Shown: positions 1-8,643, numbered from the stretch's first letter. The stretch: DNA of 28,353 nucleotides from Candidatus Methylomirabilota bacterium (GCA_046726415.1 JBKPAK010000043.1:1-28353); one strand, 5' to 3'. The notes: generated by a model from the letters alone, not told the origin. Program-made: numbers and translations.

Positions 1-498
1 CCCGGAAGCCGGCGCCGGTGGACGCGGTCTCGAAGGATCATGAAGGCGGACGTCCAGGTTGCCATCGGGACGGGCCAGAACGATGCGATCCCCCGAAATG
101 GTCTGCACCGTTCCTCCGGCGATCGCATCGCCCAAACGGTAGCCGGCCACTCGCTTGGTGGTTGGATCTTCGAGATACGCGATCGACGCCCCCTCTCGAA
201 CCACGACGCCGTAGAGATTCGGCTTCGGCAAGGTGACGGTGGGAGCCACCGGTGCTGGCGGGGCCTCGCTCCTAGTCGGGCTGAACAGATTGCGCGCGGC
301 GATGGTCGAGTACGCCGCGGCCGCCGGCGTCGATCCTCCATTGACCGGATTCGCGGCGGGGGTCGGCCGCGCCGCCGGGCGCGGACGAGCCGGGTCCGGC
401 GCGGGCCATGGGGTGCGCGACGTGCGCACGATCAAGCCGATGAACAGGGCGCAGACCGCGAGCAGGACAAAGTTGATCGCCAGGAGTTTCTTGGGCAC
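1..498 (-). CDS. gspC: Type II secretion system GspC-like protein (3' end beyond window edge; absent from ORF track)
   Basis: Hand translation from GTG at 498 is open to position 1: MPKKLLAINFVLLAVCALFIGLIV (TM), a Pro-rich linker, RNLFSPTR, then LYGVVVREGASIAYLED...YRLGDAIAGGTVQTISGDRIVL, typical of the GspC HR domain. Starts 4 nt after the gspM stop. Confidence 0.75.
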   Translation of the reverse strand, partial: MPKKLLAINFVLLAVCALFIGLIVRTSRTPWPAPDPARPRPAARPTPAANPVNGGSTPAAAAYSTIAARNLFSPTRSEAPPAPVAPTVTLPKPNLYGVVVREGASIAYLEDPTTKRVAGYRLGDAIAGGTVQTISGDRIVLARPDGNLDVRLHDPSRPRPPAPASG

Positions 499-502
499 TG
501 CG

Positions 503-1063
503 CTAAGTACGCCCGGTCAGAATGAAGCCCGACAGCGTGACGGTGGCCAGAAGGTCTTTGGGCTGACTGACATTGACCACGCGGAGCTTCAGGTCCTGAA
601 TGGTAAGGAGTTTGGGTGCCCCCTCCAGGCGGGAGAGGAGGTCGACGAGCTGGCGAATTTCGCCGGACACCGTGATCTCGATGGGGACTTCGAGGATTTC
701 CCCGCGATCGATGGGCGGCAGGATCCGTTCGCTGCGGACTTGCGTGTTGACCTGGGTGGCCGTTTCTTTGACGAGCTTTTGCAGCTCGGAGGCCGCGACC
801 GCCGGCGTGGTCGAGGTGAGGAATCGGCCGGACTTCGCGCTGATTTTGGCGCCGACGCTCTCCAGCTCTGCGTTGATGGCTTCCCGGCGCCCCACGAGCT
901 CGAGGCGGCGCGCCAGCAGCTCGCGCCGCGCCGGGATCACCTCGCGCGCCATGCGGGTCCGATCGATGACGGGCTCGACGATGAAAAACCACCCGCCCAG
1001 GAGGATGGCTGCGCCGACTGCGCCCAGGATGAGGCCGCGCTCCCGCCGCGAGAGCGTAGCCAT
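503..1063 (-). CDS. gspM: Type II secretion system protein M (GspM/PilO-like)
   Basis: LSRRER followed by a TM helix, coiled coil and a ferredoxin-like C-terminus (QLVDLLSRLE...LTIQDLKL). TGATG overlap with gspL. Confidence 0.8.
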   Translation of the reverse strand: MATLSRRERGLILGAVGAAILLGGWFFIVEPVIDRTRMAREVIPARRELLARRLELVGRREAINAELESVGAKISAKSGRFLTSTTPAVAASELQKLVKETATQVNTQVRSERILPPIDRGEILEVPIEITVSGEIRQLVDLLSRLEGAPKLLTIQDLKLRVVNVSQPKDLLATVTLSGFILTGRT

Positions 1064-2514
1064 CAGCGAGCCGCTCCGGCCGGCGCCCCGGGTGGAACGG
1101 TTTCAGCACCCCGCGCCCCTGGCTGCCCACGCCCAGGTCCACGGGGAACCGGACCGGGAGATGGCGGCGCGGCGGTGGTAGGCTGCCCAGCGACGTTCTC
1201 CCAGGCCGCCTTGATGCGGAACTGTTCCTTGTCGCGGCCGCGGGTGACGGGCGACGAGAATTCCACCCGATCGAGGCGTGGCGAATTCTCCAGGAGCGGA
1301 ATCAACCCGCTCGCGGACGATGACTGACCCGTCAATTCGACCCCCTTGGCATCGAAGGACAGGCTCGTCAGCCAGGCGTCTGCCGGAACGAGCTCGGTCA
1401 GCTCGCGAAGCACGGGCAGCGGTCGCAGGGCATTGGTCTCCAGCGACTCGATCGTCGCCAGGAGCTTGCGCTTGCGCTCCAGCTCCTTCTGGACCTGCTC
1501 GACCGCGCGCACCTGTGGGGTGAGCGACTCGATCTTTTGGTTGGTAGTTACCAGGTGGCGCTTGGCCCGCTGACCGGGATAGAGGAGCGCCCACAAGCCC
1601 AGGCTGATCGTGACGACGAGCATGCCAATGGTCACCCACTGCGCTCCGCTGATGCGGCGGGGCCGGCGCTCGGCGGGGATGAGGTCGAGCGGACGGGCGC
1701 CCCGCCGGGCTGCCACGGCAATAGCCAGCTCGGACAGCCCGGGCGGCGCTTCGAGCGCGCCCGCGAGCAAGCGCGCGGCTCGCGGCGTGTAGGGTGGTGC
1801 GGAGACGGGAGCATCGAGAGTCATCAGAGGGGCGCCGGCAAGCTCCGCCTCACCCGAGAGCCAGATCGCATCGCAGGCACGCCACCGCAACACGGCGTAA
1901 CTTCGACGGATCTCCTCGGCCAATTGTTCATCGTTGGTGGTGGCGGTGGTCCGGCTCAGGACGAGCTGCCCCCCTGCCGCGAACAGGAGATCCGCGCCCA
2001 GCGGGCTTCGGTGGACCCACACCACCCGCTGCGTGCGGTCGAGGCGCACCAGGCCGAGCAAATCATGGGGGGCCACGGTCACCGAGCTAGGGCGAAGGCG
2101 TCCCTCGTCAGCGATGCGCAGGGCGCCCTCCACCACGCGACGGTCGGCGCCGGCCACCAGGACGCGGCGCGATTCGGCGGAAGGAGCGCCGCCGTTGGCC
2201 GGGAGGGGCAGGAAGTCGAAGGCGGCGTCATCCGCGGGAAACGGCAAATGGCGCTCCAGCTCGAAGCGCACCATCTCCCGCATGTCACCACCAAGCAGGG
2301 GGAAGTCGATGGGCTTCACCGTGACCGTGGAGCGGGGAATCCCGATGGCCACCGCGCGAGCCGTGAGCTTGCGCGCGTCGAGCTCGGCCCGGAGGGCCTC
2401 CGCGGGATGCTCCGCCTCTACCACGAACGCCTGCGCGCGGCGGCCCTGGATGGCCGCCACCACGAGGCGGTTCCCGGCGAGGATGAGAGCAAGCCTGGTC
2501 AGCTGGGAAATCAC
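1063..2514 (-). CDS. gspL: Type II secretion system protein L (PilM-like cytoplasmic domain + TM + PilN-like domain)
   Basis: MVRFELERHLPF motif, LDLIP before a single TM, and a PilN-like LRELTELVPADAWLTSLSF...ELTG segment. Lies between gspK and gspM. Confidence 0.8.
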   Translation of the reverse strand: MISQLTRLALILAGNRLVVAAIQGRRAQAFVVEAEHPAEALRAELDARKLTARAVAIGIPRSTVTVKPIDFPLLGGDMREMVRFELERHLPFPADDAAFDFLPLPANGGAPSAESRRVLVAGADRRVVEGALRIADEGRLRPSSVTVAPHDLLGLVRLDRTQRVVWVHRSPLGADLLFAAGGQLVLSRTTATTNDEQLAEEIRRSYAVLRWRACDAIWLSGEAELAGAPLMTLDAPVSAPPYTPRAARLLAGALEAPPGLSELAIAVAARRGARPLDLIPAERRPRRISGAQWVTIGMLVVTISLGLWALLYPGQRAKRHLVTTNQKIESLTPQVRAVEQVQKELERKRKLLATIESLETNALRPLPVLRELTELVPADAWLTSLSFDAKGVELTGQSSSASGLIPLLENSPRLDRVEFSSPVTRGRDKEQFRIKAAWENVAGQPTTAAPPSPGPVPRGPGRGQPGARGAETVPPGAPAGAAR

Positions 2515-2550
2515 GGTCTCAGAATACGTTCACCGGAGGTTCGGGCCCCA

Positions 2551-2580
2551 ATTCTACGTCGGTGGGCGCGCGATCCGCAA
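2551..2580 (-). promoter_or_regulatory. Putative internal sigma70-type promoter upstream of gspL
   Basis: Minus strand TTGCGG-N18-TAGAAT in the only sizeable gap (78 bp) of the gsp operon. Confidence 0.45.
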
Positions 2581-2592
2581 TGCGGCGTGAGA

Positions 2593-3540
2593 TCAGCGGA
2601 CTCCCGACCAGCTGCGCACGCGCATCTGAGGTCGGTTGAGATCGCCGCCGGTCTCCACGATGGCCGTGAGACGGGCATGGGGCTTGCCGTCGAGGAGACC
2701 AACCGCCTCGATCCGATAGATTCGGCTCTCCGCCGCCAAGCCGCGGTTGGTGAACCGCGGGGGGACAGTGAAGTAGGGGATCTCGCGTCGCGTGGCTTGG
2801 ATCTCGATAATCTCGGCGTCAGACAGCCCGAGCGTCGACAGCACGAGTTTGCTGGCGGTGTTGATATTGACGTTCCCCCTTCCGAACACGGTGACGACAT
2901 CGGCGAGCGCTGGCCGCTCGGCGGTTCCGCGGAAGAGCTCCGGCGTGATCCCTTTGATCTGCAGCAGCTCGTTGATCGACTCGAGATTGCCGTCGCGGGC
3001 GCGATAGGGGACGGGGAGCTGCAGGTAGTAGTCGTCGCTCTCGGCGCCGCTGAGCCGGTGTTCACCGTTTTCGTCGCGCCAGTCTTGGATCGAGTCCACG
3101 ATGGTATCGCGCTGTGGCTTCTCGATGTCCATGAGCTGGAGCAGCCGGTCAAGACGCGCCGGCGGCGTGTTGTTGATGTCGAGGCGCGCCATCTCGTCCG
3201 TGATCCGGTACGAGTACTTGCCGTCACCCAGCGGCACCTCCTCGCGCGCCAGTCGTTTGAGGGGCAGACGGTCGCGCGTGTAGAACGTCAGCGCCCCGTC
3301 CTCGGCCTCCGTCACATACGCAGCCTGCCCCGCGATTTCGCGCACGGCGTTTTGCACGGCGGCCTCCGCCAGATAGCCGGCCATCAGCGTGTCCTTGTAA
3401 TTTCGGGCGGCTCGGGCCTCGAGGCGCATCGAGTAGGCGAACTCCGCGCCCAGCAGCCCGATCAGGGCCAGCACGAGTAGTACGGCGATCATGGCGAAGC
3501 CCCGTTCCCCCGCCACCCCGCGGTTCCGGCGGCCCGTCAT
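2593..3540 (-). CDS. gspK: Type II secretion minor pseudopilin GspK
   Basis: RG|FAMIAVLLVL class III signal without Glu5 (typical of GspK), LDINN, DSIQDWRD, GAESDDYY, ELLQIKGIT and VNINTAS motifs. Confidence 0.92.
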   Translation of the reverse strand: MTGRRNRGVAGERGFAMIAVLLVLALIGLLGAEFAYSMRLEARAARNYKDTLMAGYLAEAAVQNAVREIAGQAAYVTEAEDGALTFYTRDRLPLKRLAREEVPLGDGKYSYRITDEMARLDINNTPPARLDRLLQLMDIEKPQRDTIVDSIQDWRDENGEHRLSGAESDDYYLQLPVPYRARDGNLESINELLQIKGITPELFRGTAERPALADVVTVFGRGNVNINTASKLVLSTLGLSDAEIIEIQATRREIPYFTVPPRFTNRGLAAESRIYRIEAVGLLDGKPHARLTAIVETGGDLNRPQMRVRSWSGVR

Positions 3541-4247
3541 TCGACCCCGATCCTCATGGGCACGATCATGGGTGGGAGGGTCTCAGCCCGGCCATCGACG
3601 ATCATCCCTACCGTGATCTCGATGGCGGAGGGCGGGCTGTCGTCGTCCTCCCAGGCGGTCTGCCAGCCGTTGGTATCGTCGAGGTAGCGGAACGAAAGCG
3701 ACGTCACCGTGGGATCGCGCAAGACGACGATGGCGTCCTTGAAAGGGTCGTGGTTCGGCAACGCCCGCTCCCGGATCACGAGCCCTTCTCCCTCGACCCG
3801 CGACAGGGCCACCGCCGTGAAGGCAATGGCGGCGGCCAGGGGGAATGGTGGAGCTTGGGACACGAATTCGAGCGTCGACGCTTCGCCGCGGAAGAGCAGG
3901 CGCAGCTCCCGAGCCTCTCCCAGTGGACCGCGGTAGGGATAGGCCGCGCCTACCGCGCGGGTGAGGAGCGTGGTCAAGCTTCGAACATGCTGGTGAGCTT
4001 CGATGCGTGCTTCGCCGCGCTGGACCGCCGCGAGGACGACGCGCAGCCCGCCGAACGCCGTGACCAGGAGCGTCGCCACGATGGCCAGGGCGATGATGAG
4101 CTCGACCAGCGTGAAGCCGGCCGCGCGAGGCCTGACCTCGACGAGCGTGAAGCCGGCCGCACGAGGCCTGACCTCGACCAGCGTGAAGCCGGCCGCGCGA
4201 GGCCCGAGCTCTTGGCGCGGCGCAGGAGTAGGGGAGGTGGCCATCAT
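3537..4247 (-). CDS. gspJ: Type II secretion minor pseudopilin GspJ with triplicated prepilin cleavage motif
   Basis: G|FTLVELIIALAIV N-methylation motif and C-terminal SLSFRYLD...WQTAW...P.AIEIT. Located between gspI and gspK. Confidence 0.85.
   Translation of the reverse strand: MMATSPTPAPRQELGPRAAGFTLVEVRPRAAGFTLVEVRPRAAGFTLVELIIALAIVATLLVTAFGGLRVVLAAVQRGEARIEAHQHVRSLTTLLTRAVGAAYPYRGPLGEARELRLLFRGEASTLEFVSQAPPFPLAAAIAFTAVALSRVEGEGLVIRERALPNHDPFKDAIVVLRDPTVTSLSFRYLDDTNGWQTAWEDDDSPPSAIEITVGMIVDGRAETLPPMIVPMRIGVE
4101..4204 (-). repeat. 36-bp tandem repeat x~3 encoding (V)RPRAAGFTLVE in the gspJ leader
   Basis: Units at 4101-4136, 4137-4172 and 4173-4204 (ctcgaccagcgtgaagccggccgcgcgaggcctgac). 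The middle unit differs at two synonymous positions. Confidence 0.97.
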
Positions 4248-4840
4248 CCCCCTCCTCGTCCCCGGAAGCCGCTGGCCGGCGACTCTCGCCCGCCCGCGGG
4301 GCCCGAGGAGGTTCCCGTGCCAGTTTGTCCCCTCCCGAAGGTGCGCGAAGAGGTTCCGGTGCCGGTCTGTTCACTCCCGAGGGTACCCGAAGAGGTTCCG
4401 GTGCCGGTCTCGATACCGAACGGTTGGCCCCCGCGGGTGGGATCGGAGGTGGCTGGCACGGTGCGAAGCGTCGAGACTTCGAGCCGTCGCTGTTCGTCCC
4501 AGGTGACGATCACCGAGATCTGGAAGACGCGCCACTTCTGAGGGGCATTGGCCGGGGTGAGGTCGGGAGTCTCCAAGACCCTCGAGGTGCGCTGCCAACT
4601 GAAGCGGCCCTCCGTGCCGCTGTCGGTACCCTCAACGGGCACCAGAAGCTCGCGGGCCCGGTGATCGGCCACGATGATGGCCCGCTGCTGATCTCCCGCC
4701 GCCTTGAGCAGCCGGAGTCCTTGCCCCACCGCTTGGATGGAAACCACCACGGCGGTCCCGAGGATGGCCAGGGCGACGAGCACCTCGAGAAGGGTGAAGC
4801 CGCGCTGACCGGAAACCCGGAGAGACGGCCGCGATCTCAC
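4244..4840 (-). CDS. gspI: Type II secretion minor pseudopilin GspI with Gly/Thr/Ser-rich repeat tail
   Basis: RG|FTLLEVLVALAILG motif and GRFSWQR...ISVIVTW core. 4-nt overlaps with gspH and gspJ. Confidence 0.85.
   Translation of the reverse strand: MRSRPSLRVSGQRGFTLLEVLVALAILGTAVVVSIQAVGQGLRLLKAAGDQQRAIIVADHRARELLVPVEGTDSGTEGRFSWQRTSRVLETPDLTPANAPQKWRVFQISVIVTWDEQRRLEVSTLRTVPATSDPTRGGQPFGIETGTGTSSGTLGSEQTGTGTSSRTFGRGQTGTGTSSGPAGGRESPASGFRGRGGG
4305..4410 (-). repeat. 42-bp imperfect tandem repeat x~2.5 encoding (Q/E)TGTGTSS-x6 in the gspI tail
   Basis: Units start at 4305, 4347 and 4389 (gaRgaggttccSgtgccRgtYt...). Confidence 0.9.
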
Positions 4841-5295
4841 AAGCGTGAAATGCGCACCCGTCCCGTCAGCGGATCGACGCTGACGAGGAAGAGAAGCCCG
4901 CCAGCCCCGAGGCGGAACTCGCCCCCGCTCGATACGCCATGGGGCTCGAAGCGAATGGTGAGCGCAGGTGGCGGCGTGGCCACGATGGAAAGCTGGCTGG
5001 AGAGCGCCCGGGACATGCGAACGTCAGCCTCGTCGGCAATGACCGTCATCCGCCGCTCGAGCGGGCTCACCTCGACCCGATGGGGCCGCTGGGTGGCGAC
5101 CGCCTGTTCGCGCGCGTGGCGCAAGGTCGCCGAGAATCCCGCCACCTCGGCCCGCAATCGCATGCCATCCGTGGTCCGGCCGACGACGGGCGCGGCGACC
5201 GCCGTCGCCACGGCGATCACGAACAGCACCAGGACGACTTCGATGAAGGTGAAGCCCGGCGCCGCTACCGCTGCGCGTGCTGGGTGTCGCTCCAT
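4837..5295 (-). CDS. gspH: Type II secretion minor pseudopilin GspH/FimT-like
   Basis: ATG at 5295 (MERHPARAAVAAPG|FTFIEVVLVLFVI), LRHAREQAV, IRFEPHGVSSGGEF, and VDPLTGRVRI C-terminus. The ORF-track start at 5706 is too far upstream. Confidence 0.88.
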   Translation of the reverse strand: MERHPARAAVAAPGFTFIEVVLVLFVIAVATAVAAPVVGRTTDGMRLRAEVAGFSATLRHAREQAVATQRPHRVEVSPLERRMTVIADEADVRMSRALSSQLSIVATPPPALTIRFEPHGVSSGGEFRLGAGGLLFLVSVDPLTGRVRISRL

Positions 5296-5711
5296 GAGAC
5301 GATGTCCGCGCTCTCCCCCTCGCCACCGGGCGCCCCGTCCGCTCCCTCCGACCAGAGGTCGTACTCGCCGAACTGGCCCGGACAGCACTTGTACTTGTAG
5401 GGGAATCCCCACGGATCGGCGGGGACCGCCTTCTTGAGATAGGGGCCGTTCCAACTCGCCGCGTTCGCAGGCCTCTGTTGGAGCTGGTCCAGGCTCGTGG
5501 GATACGAACCGTTGTCGAGTCGAAACTGATCGAGCGAAGATCCAAGCAGCTCGATCTGTGCCCGCGCGGTCGCCTGTTTCGACTTGCTGACCTGGCCCCA
5601 CAGCCGGGGTCCGACCAGACCGACCAGGAGGCCGAGGACGATGATGACCACGAGAAGTTCCACGAGGGTAAATCCCGACTGATCGCGAAGTCGCCGACGC
5701 CAACATTTCAT
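5265..5711 (-). CDS. gspG: Type II secretion major pseudopilin GspG
   Basis: G|FTLVELLVVIIVLGLL, LDQFRLDNGSYP, WNGPYLKK.VP.DPWG and GADGAPGGEGESADI. ATGA overlap with the gspF stop. Confidence 0.97.
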   Translation of the reverse strand: MKCWRRRLRDQSGFTLVELLVVIIVLGLLVGLVGPRLWGQVSKSKQATARAQIELLGSSLDQFRLDNGSYPTSLDQLQQRPANAASWNGPYLKKAVPADPWGFPYKYKCCPGQFGEYDLWSEGADGAPGGEGESADIVSWSDTQHAQR

Positions 5712-6919
5712 AGCGGAATCTCGTTGATGGAGAAGATGGCGAGCAGCATGGCCACCACGATGAACGCCACCACCGCGCCCATGGCCAGGATGATGGCCGG
5801 CTCCAGGAGCCCGATCATTCGTCGCAGCTCGCTGCGCACATCGCCTTCCACGGTTTCGGCAGTTTTCAGCAGCATGTCCTCCAAGCGTCCCGTTTCCTCG
5901 CCGACGCGGACCATGTGGATGGCGAGCGGCGGAAACGGCGTGTGCTCTTTCATGGCGGCGGCGATGGTACCACCGCGCTTCACGGTGTCCGACAGACGCT
6001 GCACCGCGCGTCCCACGACCTGGTTCATCATGATGTCGCCGACCACGGTCAACGCGCCCAGTACCGGCACGCCGCTGCGCAGCATGGTGCCGAGCGTGCG
6101 GGTGAAGCGGGCCGTCTCGACTTTGATCATGATCGTGCCCACCATGGGCAAGCGCAGGACGATGCGATCCCACTGGAGCCGGCCCTCGGCCGTGCCCGTC
6201 CATATCCGCCACGCCAAGATCGCCCCGAACAGGACCAGCAGTCCCACCCACCAGTACGATTGGACGGCCAGGCTCGTCGACAAGAGAATCTGGGTGGGCA
6301 GGGGAATGGCCTGGCCCATGTCTGCAAAGATGGTGGCGAACCGGGGAATCACGAAGGTCATCAGAAACACGATGGCGCCCGCCCCCACGGTGGTGATGAC
6401 GACCGGGTAGATCAACGCGGAAATGATGGCCTCCGCGAACGCGTGGCGAGCTTCCTGGAACTCGGCCAGCCGGCGCAGGGTGGCCTCCAGCACCCCTCCC
6501 TTCTCTCCGGCGCGGACCATGTTGATATAGAGGCGCGAGAAGGGGCGGGGATGGTGCTTGGCGAGGGCGTCGCTGAGGGAGGAGCCCCCCCGCACGCTGT
6601 GCAGGAGGTCGGCGACAACAGTCTTCACCCGCGCATTCGGGGCCAGCTCCTCCAGGATGGAGAGGGCGCGATCGAGCGGCATCCCCGCCTCGGCGAGGGT
6701 GGCGAGCTGCTGGGTGAGGGCCAAGAGGTCACGGGCCCGGAAGCCCCGCGACAAGCGGAGGTCCCGCCACGACCGGCGCTCTCCCTGCGGGGTGACTTTG
6801 ACCGGAAAGTACGCCTCGCGGTGGAGCCGCTCGATGACGGCGCGAGCATCCGAGGCCTCCATGACCCCATCGACCGTCTGGCCGCGGCGATCGGCCGCGC
6901 GATAGGCAAACACCGGCAT
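5708..6919 (-). CDS. gspF: Type II secretion inner membrane platform protein GspF
   Basis: MPVFAYRA.D..G start, MVRAGEKGG.L, ALIYP, MVRVGEETG.L and LLEP motifs, three TMs. Confidence 0.96.
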   Translation of the reverse strand: MPVFAYRAADRRGQTVDGVMEASDARAVIERLHREAYFPVKVTPQGERRSWRDLRLSRGFRARDLLALTQQLATLAEAGMPLDRALSILEELAPNARVKTVVADLLHSVRGGSSLSDALAKHHPRPFSRLYINMVRAGEKGGVLEATLRRLAEFQEARHAFAEAIISALIYPVVITTVGAGAIVFLMTFVIPRFATIFADMGQAIPLPTQILLSTSLAVQSYWWVGLLVLFGAILAWRIWTGTAEGRLQWDRIVLRLPMVGTIMIKVETARFTRTLGTMLRSGVPVLGALTVVGDIMMNQVVGRAVQRLSDTVKRGGTIAAAMKEHTPFPPLAIHMVRVGEETGRLEDMLLKTAETVEGDVRSELRRMIGLLEPAIILAMGAVVAFIVVAMLLAIFSINEIPL

Positions 6920-6923
6920 GGCG

Positions 6924-8618
6924 TTACGAGTCTTCCTGAGTGACCCGCATCACCTCGTCGACGGTTGTCACGCCCTCCTGCGCCCGCGCCCACCCGTCGA
7001 GGCGCAGGCTAACCATTCCGCTCTCGATGGCGTGACGGCGGATCTCGCGAGTCGAGACACGGCGCAGCGTGAGGCTGCGCACTTCTTCGGTAATCTCGAA
7101 GAGTTCGTAGATCCCGGTGCGACCGCGATACCCGGTGCCCCGGCACTCTGAGCAGCCCCGCCCGCGGAAGAGTTTGACGGGCGCATCCACGCTCACCCCG
7201 AGCGCGTGCAGGTCGGCCGCCGAGGGCACATCGGGTTCCCGGCAGACCTCGCAAATACGTCGGACGAGCCGCTGGGCCAAGACGCCCTCCAGCACAGACG
7301 AGAGCAGGAAGGATTCCACGCCCATGTCCTGCAGCCGGGTGATGGCGCCCGGCGCGTCGTTGGTGTGGAGGGTGGAGAACACGAGGTGTCCCGTGAGGGC
7401 GGCCTGGATGGCGATTTCCGCAGTTTCCAGGTCGCGAATCTCGCCGACCAGGATCACGTCAGGGTCCTGCCGGACGATGTGGCGCAGCCCGGTGGCGAAG
7501 GTCAGGCCGATCTTCGGTTTCACCGGGATCTGGTTGACCCCCTTCAGCTGGTACTCGACGGGATCCTCGACCGTGAGGATCTTGCGGTCGGGCGAGTTGA
7601 TCTTGTCCAAGGATCCGTAGAGCGTGGTGGTCTTGCCCGACCCCGTGGGCCCAGTGACCAAGACGATCCCATGCGGCAAGGTGATGAGCCGTTCGAAGCG
7701 CTTGAGCATGGTCGCGCCGAAGCCCAGGCGCTCGAGGGGCAGGAACACGCTCGAGCGATCGAGAAGCCGCATGACGATCGACTCACCGTGCACCGTGGGC
7801 ATGGTGGAGACTCGGATGTCCACCCGGCGGCCGTGCAGGGTCACGCGGATGCGCCCGTCCTGGGGCAGCCGTCGCTCGGCGATGTTCATCTCGGCCATGA
7901 TCTTGATGCGCGAGGTCACGGCCGCCTGCAGCCGCCGGGGCGGCGCTTCTTGCTCGAACAGGATGCCGTCGATGCGGTACCGGATTCGCAGGGTGTCTTC
8001 GAAGGGCTCGATGTGGATATCCGACGCTCCGGAATCGATGGCGTTCTCGACGAGGAGGTTCACCAGCCTGACCACGGGGGCCTCGAAGGCCATGTCGCGC
8101 AGGTGGTTGACGTCCTCGTCAGCCTCGACGGTCCGATCCTCGTCCATACCCTCCACGATCCGCTGCAAGGGCGTGGCCACACCCTCATAGGTGCGATCGA
8201 TGGCTTCGGTGATCGCTTCGGGGTGACTGACCACCAGCTTCACGTCGAGCCCGGTGCTCTGCCGCAAGTCGTCGGCGATGAGGGGATTCAAGGGGTCCGC
8301 GGTGGCGACGGTGAGGATACTTCCCTCCACGCTCACGGGGCAGACGGCATATTGCCTGAGGTACTTGGGGGACAGGTTCTTGATCACGGGAAGCGGCGAC
8401 GGCAATTCGTCACGGGTCAGGTACGCCAGACCTCGTTGGTGGGCGAGGGCGCGCAGAACGTCCTCGCCGGAAACCGCGCCCATGCTGACGAGGACCTCGC
8501 CGATCCGCTCGCCGCTCTTCTCCGCCCGGGCCAGGGCATGGGCGACGGCGTCGGCAGTCGCGAGTCCCTCTTCGACAAGGATTTCGCCGAGGAGTCGCGG
8601 AGGAGCTGCAATGGCCAT
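6924..8618 (-). CDS. gspE: Type II secretion ATPase GspE with N-terminal MshEN-like domain
   Basis: ASDIHIEP, AERRLPQDGR, Walker A GPTGSGKTT, RQDPDVILVGEIRD, LTGHLVFSTLHTND, and CxxC...CxxC. ATG at 8618 preferred because a GGAG RBS lies upstream. Confidence 0.97.
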   Translation of the reverse strand: MAIAAPPRLLGEILVEEGLATADAVAHALARAEKSGERIGEVLVSMGAVSGEDVLRALAHQRGLAYLTRDELPSPLPVIKNLSPKYLRQYAVCPVSVEGSILTVATADPLNPLIADDLRQSTGLDVKLVVSHPEAITEAIDRTYEGVATPLQRIVEGMDEDRTVEADEDVNHLRDMAFEAPVVRLVNLLVENAIDSGASDIHIEPFEDTLRIRYRIDGILFEQEAPPRRLQAAVTSRIKIMAEMNIAERRLPQDGRIRVTLHGRRVDIRVSTMPTVHGESIVMRLLDRSSVFLPLERLGFGATMLKRFERLITLPHGIVLVTGPTGSGKTTTLYGSLDKINSPDRKILTVEDPVEYQLKGVNQIPVKPKIGLTFATGLRHIVRQDPDVILVGEIRDLETAEIAIQAALTGHLVFSTLHTNDAPGAITRLQDMGVESFLLSSVLEGVLAQRLVRRICEVCREPDVPSAADLHALGVSVDAPVKLFRGRGCSECRGTGYRGRTGIYELFEITEEVRSLTLRRVSTREIRRHAIESGMVSLRLDGWARAQEGVTTVDEVMRVTQEDS

Positions 8619-8634
8619 GCGATACTCTCCCGGC

Positions 8635-8643
8635 ATGGTAGCA
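8635..8643 (-). promoter_or_regulatory. Putative extended -10 promoter for the gsp operon
   Basis: Minus strand TG-c-TACCAT, 16 nt upstream of the gspE ATG. Confidence 0.45.

Noticed and set aside
1537-3480. 647-aa plus-strand ORF (and similar long ORFs at 7206-8717, 14789-16102, 22076-23236, 24339-25703)
   Set aside because: Antisense shadows of well-supported genes in high-GC DNA; no recognisable motifs.
5296-5706. Long N-terminal extension of GspH (289-aa ORF) and of GspG (328-aa ORF)
   Set aside because: These are alternative frames over gspG and gspF; the class III signal motifs define the real starts at 5295 and 5711.
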